A stretch of 64,000 nucleotides of DNA from Eledone cirrhosa (Eukaryota), in contig OZ024741.1 of the NCBI GenBank assembly GCA_964016885.1, positions 142,538,001 through 142,602,000 on the forward strand, given 5' to 3'. Shown piece after piece: positions 55,427-64,000 of the stretch (position 1 is the stretch's first letter; each line of letters begins with the position of its first letter). The notes under the pieces are model-generated. The model was given only the letters and a program-made list of their open reading frames with translations. It made no database searches and was not told the DNA's origin. The position numbers and the translations under genes are program-made.

Positions 55427-55746
55427 ATCTAAACTATAATACAGTAGTAAGGAGTGCGGGACTGCGTCCAGAATATATTTTTTTTATCCCGTTTGTAAAA
55501 TAAGTTGGATTACTTTGAATAAATAATGAATGAATATTACATAATTTATCTAATAAATTTCATTATTCTCTAAATAATTTTGTTGGTTATTTTAAGATTC
55601 ACTTCTTTAAAATTATCAAATGTCAACACTTCCGGTTAGCAATCGCTTAAATAAACATTCATATATTTCCGTCATTAATTTCTCCTAATGCAGTTTATAT
55701 ATAATATCGTCTTTTTTTAATGTATCATGGATAACGTTACTGATTA
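55427..55746 (+). mobile_element. Helitron-like repeat, uninterrupted copy
   Basis: Homologous to 38566-39070 without the SINE. Confidence 0.65.
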
Positions 55747-56081
55747 AGAGAGTGCAACGCAGTCTTCGTTCAATTTCTGTGTATATTGTCAATTACAATT
55801 TTATTTTATGTATCATATCTACATGCATATATACTTGCATATAATATCAATACACATGCTAGCAGAAAACCACCAAAGGGTAGTTTTTCTGCTAGTTTAT
55901 CTAATGGCGTAACTTGTTTCTATCTGTTTTGTTATGTCCCAGTGTGTACTTGAATGAATAGTATCTACCTTAAACACCCGTAACCGTAGTTATTTCCAGA
56001 GGAGATAAGACAGTTCGTCTTTCCGTTGTTTTTTCCATAGGCTTTGTCCTGTGCGCCCCCTATTTTGACCACACACACACA

Positions 56082-56207
56082 CAGGGTGGCGCAAAAGTCA
56101 CGCACCACCATATCATTTTATTAATATTTATCACATTTATTTACAAAAATAATAGATATGACGATATGGCAATTATTTTACTGGTGCGCGACTTTAGCGC
56201 CACCCTC
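56082..56207. mobile_element. Tc1/mariner-type MITE (~126 bp)
   Basis: TIRs CAGGGTGGCGCAAAAGTCACGCACCA / TGGTGCGCGACTTTAGCGCCACCCTC, followed by TA. Confidence 0.85.
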
Positions 56208-56485
56208 TATTAGAAGTTTGATATAAAAAGTCTCACTTTAAAATATTTTGTATAACAATATATTGTATAACAACCGTTAGATGTTTCACAGATGATTGGC
56301 TCGAGATCCGCATCGATGTGATAGAAATGACTCCAGCATCGATCTGCTGCTCAGACGTGTGAACTCAATCAAAACATCTGTACAAGAATATGTAACGGTC
56401 GATATACAATAAAAACAATCAAACTTCATATGTACATATGACGAATGAAACAGTTCTAGTCTTGTAGAAGTCATTTCTATAATAT

Positions 56486-57060
56486 ACTAGCAGTGGTACC
56501 CGGCGTTGCATGGGATAAGGTATTGTGAAATATATAACCGCCTTAGCTAAGCTTAGTATTGCCACAACCACGGCTGGCAAAGAAGTAAGGGTCTAGTGGT
56601 ACGTAAGTAAGCAACAGTGTGGCTTAAAACGCGAGGAAGAAGTTGTGTGCACTTACCAACTGTTTGGGGAATGAGTGTGAGATTTGTCTTCAGCAAAGGT
56701 GGCAGAATAACCGGAGAAAGCAGACAGCAAGACATGCAGACAGATATTATAAGGGCGCGTTCTGGACGCAGAGCGAATTGTAGGAAGTGACGTAATGCAG
56801 ACAGCCAGACATACAGACAGATATTATAAGTATGTATGTATCTAACTAAAAAGAGAAAGACTAAGAATTATAGAGAGAGATCGCTAAATCACCTAATGCG
56901 GTTCCTAGGGCATTGAAAATTTGAAACTTTTTTTGCTCAGAACACTCCCTGAAACATAAGTATTACATGTGTAAAGTTTGAAAACAGTTGGTTGGGTGCT
57001 TCTCTAGTTTCAGGGATTCAAACACACACACAGACATTCTCAGTTTATATATATATATAG
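56486..57060. mobile_element. Non-autonomous Helitron/HINE-like element
   Basis: ACTAGCAGTGGTACCCGGCGTTGCATGGG hairpin end, internal CAGA repeats, other end CAGACATTCTCAGTTTATATATATATAG. Confidence 0.6.
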
Positions 57061-57479
57061 TAATTCTTTGCTTAAACTTTAATCTGTTATTTTAATAAAT
57101 ATATATATATATATATATATATAAAGAGAAGCGATAGATAAATTTGTTCAAGTACATGAAATGAAAAGAAAGAAGCGGAAGGCGAGGTATGGGAGAGTAT
57201 GATGAAAAAGACAAAAAAAAAGGGGATGATTAGTGTCCTATTGTTATTGACAAACTATATAATATAAAGAGTGATAAGAGATACGACATCGGCAATTTCC
57301 GAAATTATATCGCCGGAATATGCCGAACGCATCATGTACAGAAAAACAAGTAAGCTAATGCGGATATTTATTCGTTTACATTTGGTATATAAACACAGAA
57401 ATGTACACATGTGTATGTGTGTATGTTTTCAGGAAGACATATAAACATCAATACACAAAACTAAATCGACGGACATGAC

Positions 57480-57765
57480 CGGAAGATATCAGATTCACTC
57501 GCATAGGCTGAGGTTACAAGAGAAACTGAAGAGCTCAAATGTGGTAAGGCCTCAGGGGAGGATGAAATTTGGCCCGAGATGTTAAAAGCCTTAAATTGTA
57601 AAGCTATTATCTGGCTGACTCGTGATTGCCGGGTAGCTTGGATCTCTGGAAAGGCACCTATGCAATGGCAATCGAGTGTGATGATCCCAATTTTCAAAAA
57701 GGGAGACAAGAGAGATTGTTCTAATTATAGAGGGAACACCTTGTTAAGCCTCCCTGATAAAGTCG
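57480..57765 (+). pseudogene. RTE-clade LINE ORF2 fragment (start of RT domain)
   Basis: EELKCGKASGEDEIWPEMLKALN..WLTR..AW.SGKAPMQWQSSVMIPIFKKGDKRDCSNYRGNTLLSLPDKV. Confidence 0.92.
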
Positions 57766-57869
57766 GACATCGTGAAACTCGTAGTTTCATAGAATGCTCT
57801 GTTAATGGAACACACCTATATCATTGATATTTTATATTACTGACAGAAGACCAGAAATGTCTTATGGTC

Positions 57870-58230
57870 GAATGACTGTCGATTATATCACCCCAAATAC
57901 TGATTTTTTTTTTATCCATTCCGGAAGGATGAAAAGTAACGTTGATCTTGGCAGAATTCGAGCTAAGAACGTAAATATATGTAAATACATACTGCCTTAC
58001 GTTATGTCCGGTGCTCTACTGATTTTTCCATCCAAATATGAATGATAGTGATATTATTAAGGATTGTTAGAGCGTCGGACAAAATGCTTTGCAGCATTTA
58101 GTTTACGACTCTTTACGTTCTGAGTTCAAATTTCGCCGGAGTCGATAAAATAAAGTATACGGGTGTTGATTTAATTAACTTTCCTCTTCCTCCAGCTTTG
58201 CTGGCATTGTACCTAAATTAGAAATCACGT
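57870..58230. mobile_element. Two divergent family B SINEs
   Basis: Minus copy GGAAGGATGAAAAG..GGCAGAATTCGAGCT; plus copy TTTACGTTCTGAGTTCAAATT..GTCGATAAAATAAAGTA. Confidence 0.7.
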
Positions 58231-58707
58231 GAGTTTCACAGTGTATATGGCTTTTCATTTGTTCCCGCCCACCGGACACTCTCATTCCAGACGAGAAGGG
58301 TGAGGTTGTTAGAGAGGAGGAGGCGGAAGAGAGAGGGAGAGAAAGCGAAAGAGGGGGCAGATAAAGACAGAGAGGGGAAGATGATCAGAGAAAAAGAGAA
58401 AACAGAGTGAGAGAGAAAGAGAGAAGCAGCCAAATGAAGCATGAACCACTCAGGTGAACGTTAACATTACATGGTTTATATATATTTCGTCTTTGGTCAA
58501 GTGAATGGTGTTGACGATAGTGGTGAGGGTGATGGCGGTAGTGACAGTTTTGATGATGGCGATGGTGGCGATGGTAGTAGTTGTGTTGGAATATTGGTGA
58601 TGGTGGCGGTGGCAATGGTGATAGTTGTGATGGTAATGATACTTGTGGTAAGATATTAGTGATGATTGTGATGCAATGTTGGCGAGGGTGGTAGTTAGCG
58701 TTCATTC

Positions 58708-58744
<37 letters not shown>

Positions 58745-59329
58745 GGTGGTGGTGGTGGTGGTAGATGGGGGAAGGTGTCGGCGTATTTATACATGGTCAA
58801 TTGAACCCAGAGCCGGCGAAGAAATTTGCCGGATGTCACCGACACGGGTTCGGATTACACTGGAGACGGCGGTGGAGGATGTGGAAAGCAGTAATTACGT
58901 GTGTGCGTTAAAGGAAATGAGAAGAGAGAGAGAGAGAGTACAAAGAGTGAGGCAAGAGGAAAGAAAAATACAGAAAAAAATGAAAGGGGGTAGGAGAGAG
59001 GACAGAGTAAAAGAGGCGGAGAGAAAAATATATTGAGTGAAAGTGCGTGGATATGTATGTGTGTGTGTTTGTGTGCAAGTCTGTGTGTGGACATCTGTGT
59101 ATATGGATGTTTGGGTGCGTGGATGTCAGTGTGTGTGGATATATGTGGGGATGTCTGCGTGTGGATATCTATGTGTGGGTGTTTATGCATGCATACGGAT
59201 GGAAGTGTGCAAAACTGAATATGTGTGAGTTGCAAATGCGTCTGAGAAAGTGCGAATATATATGTTTGGAATGTGTGAATACACGTATGTGTGCGAGTGA
59301 AAGAGTGAGTGCGTAAGTCGCTATCATAT

Positions 59330-59375
59330 TTGTGTGTGTGTGTGTACGAAAGGGAAAGAGTGAGTGCCTGTATGT

Positions 59376-59427
<52 letters not shown>

Positions 59428-59453
59428 AAGGGAAAGAGTGAGTGCCTGTATGT

Positions 59454-59489
<36 letters not shown>

Positions 59490-59540
59490 AAGGGAAAGAG
59501 TGAGTGCCTGTATGTACGTATGTGTGTGTGTGTGTGTTTG
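59330..59540. repeat. Compound repeat: GAAAGGGAAAGAGTGAGTGCCTGTATGTACG + (TG)n, x3
   Basis: Three exact 31-bp motifs separated by variable TG runs. Confidence 0.92.
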
Positions 59541-60274
59541 TGTATTCATAGATGATTCTTTGTGTGCTATTATGTATGCATATGTATGAGTGCATTTATG
59601 TGTGTACAGGGATATGGCAATATGTGTATGAGGATACGTCTATATATGTGTGTTAAGATGTCAATGTGTGTACGTGTATGTATATATGTGCGTATATATT
59701 CCTCTGTGTGTGCGTGTGTGTGATGGTGTACCGATGTGTGTTAAAGATGATTCTTTGTGCATGTGTTATGTATACATGTGTTTGCATGTATGTGTCTATA
59801 TATATGTGTGTGATAATATTTAATTATGCGTGTGCGTGTATGAGGATGTGCCTGTATGCGTAAAGATGCTTCCATATGTGTGTATGTGTGCTGTTATCTA
59901 TTCATGTGAGTGAGTGTTTGTGTGCACGTGCACACGCAAACAAATAAGCTTGGCTACAATTCTTATTGGATTCAGCCGGGGCGCATGCGTGCGAGCGTGT
60001 TTAACGCAATGTATTCGCTTCACGTTCATTAACGTGTGTGTACTAATGTTTATGCCTGGTTAGAGATTACTGGATTGGATTTACGGGTTGGATAGAGAGA
60101 CGTGACCGGGGGGGGGGGGATTGAGTGAGTAGAGAGAGAGAAAAACAAACACATAATCACGAGAAAGACACGGTGAATAGATAGGCGGATATTATACACA
60201 CCCACTTACACACACATATATATATATATAAATGAAAAGTTACAACAGTGACATATACAGGTACTTAAGTTTCG

Positions 60275-60325
<51 letters not shown>

Positions 60326-60327
<2 letters not shown>

Positions 60328-60405
60328 GAGTGTGTGTCCCCAAAATGTATACACACTTTGATTAGAATGCTGTTGAAGTGTGTATAAAGTTTGGGGGACA
60401 CCCTG
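60326..60405. mobile_element. ~80-bp Tc1/mariner-type MITE
   Basis: GTGTCCCCAAAATGTATACACACTT / AAGTGTGTATAAAGTTTGGGGGACACCCTG-TA. Confidence 0.75.
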
Positions 60406-60420
60406 TAGATGTGTATATAT

Positions 60421-60451
<31 letters not shown>

Positions 60452-60473
<22 letters not shown>

Positions 60474-60804
60474 GGTGAGTAAGAGTGAGTGAGTGAGTGA
60501 GTGAGTGTGTGAGAGTGAGTGTGAGAGTGAGTGTGAGAGTGAGTGAGAGAGTGAGTGAGAGAGTGAGTGTGAGAGTGAGTGAGAGAGAGATAGAGAGTGA
60601 GAGATAGAGATAGAGAGATAGAGATAGAGAGTGAGAGATAGAGAGATAGAGAGTGAGAGTGTGAGAGAGAGAGAGAGAGAGATATCTGCGTGATGTTGAC
60701 GTGCGTGTGAGTACTCAATACCGAATTAGAGTTTAATAATATTCTATATTAAACTCTAATTCGGTATTGAGTACTCACACGCACGCCCGTCAACATCACG
60801 CAGA

Positions 60805-60838
<34 letters not shown>

Positions 60839-60899
60839 TCACTCTCTATCTCTCTCATTCACTCACTCACTCACTCTTACTCACCCTCTCTCTCTATAT
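60452..60899. repeat. Large palindrome with microsatellite-containing arms
   Basis: Inner arms 60684-60738 / 60747-60805 identical except a 4-nt insertion, 8-nt loop; outer GAGGGTGAGTAAGAGTGAGTG / CACTCACTCTTACTCACCCTC. Confidence 0.92.
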
Positions 60900-61326
60900 T
60901 ATGGTGAAGTGATGAATCTGGTTACTCTAGAACAGCGTTCCTCAACCAGTGTTCCCCGGAACCCTGGGGATTCGCAAGAGGTCGCTAGGAGTTCAACTAG
61001 AAACAGTGATAATGCATTTTTGTTTAATTTTATATTCGTAATTTTACTATACACGTACGGCATATTGTTGGAAATTCCGTGGTTATTATCATCATGTTAG
61101 TTATTATAAAAATATATAAGATAGATATTAATAATGGTATATAATAATTTTTATGCAGGGGTTCCGTGAGACATGAAAAGTATTTCAAATGCTCCACAGG
61201 GGAAAAACGGTTAAGAAACGTTGCACTAGAGTTTCACCTGCATATTCACAGGATTGTCAGAGAAGAATCTTATGATTTTGTGAGTATGCAGGCGAAACTA
61301 GTAACAAGACTCATCGCATAGCCATA
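60900..61326. mobile_element. Double-hammerhead palindrome interrupted by a hAT MITE
   Basis: Left arm TATGG..GATGAATCTGGTTA|..|GTTTCACCTGCATATTCACA pairs with right arm TGTGAGTATGCAGGCGAAACTAGTAACAAGACTCATCGCATAGCCATA. Confidence 0.7.
60933..61223. mobile_element. hAT/Charlie-type MITE
   Basis: TIRs CAGCGTTCCTCAACC / GGTTAAGAAACGTTG; 8-bp TSD CTCTAGAA / CACTAGAG; subterminal GGGTTCC motifs. Confidence 0.85.
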
Positions 61327-61338
61327 TTAAATGATATT

Positions 61339-61415
61339 CTTACGGGGTCGATAAAATAAAGTACCAGTAATACACTGAGTTATTGGTGGCCTTGTGCCAA
61401 AAGTAGAAACAATTA
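61339..61415 (+). mobile_element. SINE family B, 3' fragment
   Basis: TTACGGGGTCGATAAAATAAAGTACCAGTAAT..GGCCTTGTGCCAAAAGTAGAAACAATTAT. Confidence 0.85.
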
Positions 61416-61471
61416 TATATATATATGTATACATTAATTAGGAAACACCTTATAACATAAGCATACCTATA

Positions 61472-61538
<67 letters not shown>

Positions 61539-61912
61539 TAATGAGTATAACCGAAGTTGCAGCTGCACTATAGCAGATGTTAATCGAATTATAAGAGTCA
61601 GCCACGAAGCACTTCATGTGTGAGAAATTGATATATTTCTACCCAGAGTGAACACAAAAAGTTAAGGAATTGTGACACCAAGAAGAAAGCGATCAGAAGC
61701 CTGTTGCCACAATAATACAACATCGATATACTCGCGTGCGTGTGTGTAAGAGGGAAAGAGAGATATGTAAAATGTAACATCCCGACCGCCGTGCCTAGCG
61801 GTTTTGGCTTGAGTACTCTCATGATTGGTGGTCTCCCCAGTCTCAGCACCGCAGACTCACTCATATATATCTTTACAAATAGTAATCAGTGTTTAATCTT
61901 TTAAACATTTAA

Positions 61913-61961
61913 TAACTGACGATCGTTTCATCCGAGCACAAGACCGGAATCATCGGGGTTA
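61913..61961 (-). ncRNA. Type I hammerhead motif, slightly decayed
   Basis: Minus strand TAACC-CCGATGA-T TCCG GTCTTGTGCT CGGA T-GAAA-CGATCG-TC-AGTTA (U4>C; one stem I mismatch). Confidence 0.65.
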
Positions 61962-62217
61962 AAAACAAAAGTAAAACACAAATATAAGATCAAAACTTTA
62001 TCACAAGAACATTGTATGTGTGTTTGTGTGATTGTGTTTGTGTGTGAAATGATAAAGAGTTGAAAAAGCACCTAACATGTTTTAATTTCGTGTACATGTC
62101 ACGTGTATAATACATCAAAAAGAAGAGTTTTTGTATTTTTATACTAGACGGGTTTCGCTTAAAACAGCTATTCAAAAGTTTTTCCATGTTTAATTTACTA
62201 GTTTTCTGTTATATATA

Positions 62218-62252
<35 letters not shown>

Positions 62253-62354
62253 TTTGAGTATATGTTGGTTGTATACCAACACCTCAGTATGCAGATTGGA
62301 GCACTCGACGAAGTGCGCAGATTGGTTTGGTTACTCCGGAGTAATGTAAAATTA

Positions 62355-62735
62355 TACTTTAATGAATGCCTTAAGAAGAACCTAATATACGGATGTAGGG
62401 TTAAAACCCCCAACTCCGAACACCTCTACATGGGAGCCACATCAACGAGCTTTAAGGACCGTTGGTATAGCCATCACCATTCCTTCAATAAGGAGGCCAA
62501 AAGGAAAAGTACGCCTCTCTCCGACCTGATCTGGAAGCTTAAGCTGGACAAGACCCCGTACTCTCTGGCCTGGTCCATAATCAGGAAAGTACCACCCGAT
62601 AAAGGGGGATCTGGCATATGCAAACTATGTCTGAACGAGACCCTCGAGATACTAAGAGGTGGAAGCCGCCTGATAAACCTCAGAACCGACTTCTTCGGGA
62701 CATACAGACACCTCGGGGCCGGGACCTTCCTTTAG
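62355..62735 (+). pseudogene. Penelope-like (Naiad-type) GIY-YIG endonuclease, 5'-truncated element
   Basis: CLKKNLIYGCRV..LYMGATSTSFKDRWYSHHHSF..STPLSDLIWKLK..WSII..GGSGICKLCLNE..LINLRTD..RH, open in ORF 62262-62735. Confidence 0.9.
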
Positions 62736-63860
62736 ATATATGGACAGTAGCAACACAATAAGATGTGAACTCCCCTCAAGCTATAGGGACTTCTCCAGAA
62801 CACGTAGACACCTCTCAGCCAGACCTCCCTCAAGCTATATGGGCTGTAACAACACCATAGGTTGGGAACTCCCCTCAAGCCATAGGGACCAACCCAAACT
62901 GAGCAGACACCATGATAGCCTAGAGATTGATTCTGACACAGCCTTTATAATTTGGCCAACATCTTTATAACACACACACATTTTATTTTACTTGATTTTT
63001 GATTTTTGATTTGTTTTCTGTTTTCTTCATTTTATCGCCTTATATTTATATTTAAGTTGAGATTGGTTATAACACACAAACATTTTATTTGATTATCCTA
63101 CTTCGTTTTATTCTTTTACCATCTTGTTCCTCCTACCACTTTATCCAACATCTTTCTGACCTTGAGATTGGTTATAGCACACACATTTTATTTTATTTGA
63201 ATCTTCATTTTTATTTTTCACCTTTCATTTTCATTTCTTTTTCATTAATTTTTCATTTATTCTTTATTTATTATTTATTTTCTGTTTTCTTCATTTTATT
63301 GCCTTCTATTTCTTCATATACATGGCAGAACCCCCCCCCCCCCCACCGATCCACCACCACGAGAGATGGTGGCAGGAGGGATAAATAAACACACACACAG
63401 ATACTTCTAAATGTCAGCAGCAGCAAGAAATAGGCTGACCACAACACCAACAACACTACCAAAATAAGGGTAGAGGTCAGATGTACTTAACAATAGCAAA
63501 TACAAACACTACAGGGAGCCTCAACCCAGAAAGAATTTCTAGACTTTTGACTGAGGAATGCTCTGAAAACTGACCAATGGGAAGTGACCTTACAAATCTT
63601 AATAACATTGAGATGGGTATAACACACACACATTTTATTTGATTATTTTATTTTATTTTGTTCCTTTACCATCTTATTCCTTCTATCACTTTATCATTTT
63701 TTTTAGCCGACTCCAACAACAATACCACTACCAACATAAGAGTAGAGGTCAGATGTACCTAACAATAACAAGAACAACCACTACAGATTGCCTTGCCTCA
63801 GAACGAATTTCTATAGACTTTTGACTGAGAAATGTTCTAACAACTGACCAATGAGAGGAG
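62736..63860 (+). repeat. Internally repetitive 3' region downstream of the Penelope ORF
   Basis: ~99-bp duplication 62738/62837; GAGATTGGTTATA.CACAC motifs at ~63059, 63165, 63610; ~145-bp duplication 63437-63580 / 63710-63855. Confidence 0.75.
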
Positions 63861-64000
63861 AAAAGGTCCTTTGACGCTGAAATTCGTTTGATTCCAGTTC
63901 CTCAGTGAAATAACAACCCAACCAGGAACTGGGCATATCAGAGTATTGACAAAGTTAAACACCCCAACAACATGTGTACTCGTCTCTACCACACTAATTC

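Noticed and set aside
58775-58860. HDV-like ribozyme
   Set aside because: No P3/L3 element before the P1 3' strand on either strand
59330-59540. Repeat-spacer-like pattern
   Set aside because: The spacers are only (TG)n of variable length
62262-62735. Selenocysteine-recoded Naiad ORF
   Set aside because: Conserved Cys positions use TGC/TGT; no in-frame TGA in the visible domain

Overview
Repeat-dense, AT-rich eukaryotic non-coding DNA. The SINE families and extreme microsatellite load suggest a coleoid cephalopod, probably Octopus (inference, not verified). No intact host gene is recognisable, and most ORF-track entries are microsatellite translations. The window holds: many tRNA-derived SINE copies of at least two families; decayed Penelope-like (Naiad-type) retroelements; RTE, CRE, CR1/L2 and L1/Tx1 LINE relics; a Tigger/pogo transposase relic; hAT and Tc1/mariner MITEs; Helitron-like elements; minisatellites; and a ~6.1 kb TA array. 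The most notable signal is about a dozen type I hammerhead ribozyme (HHR) motifs, ranging from intact to decayed, several sharing a U.U opposition at the base of stem II. They occur in three settings: (i) a ~440-nt non-coding unit with Penelope-style inverted-repeat-plus-tail architecture (41702-42297), resembling a retrozyme or mini-Penelope; (ii) short palindromes carrying two divergent HHRs (51939-52102; 60900-61326); (iii) next to Penelope ORF relics. All calls were made by eye, and coordinates of degenerate repeats are approximate.
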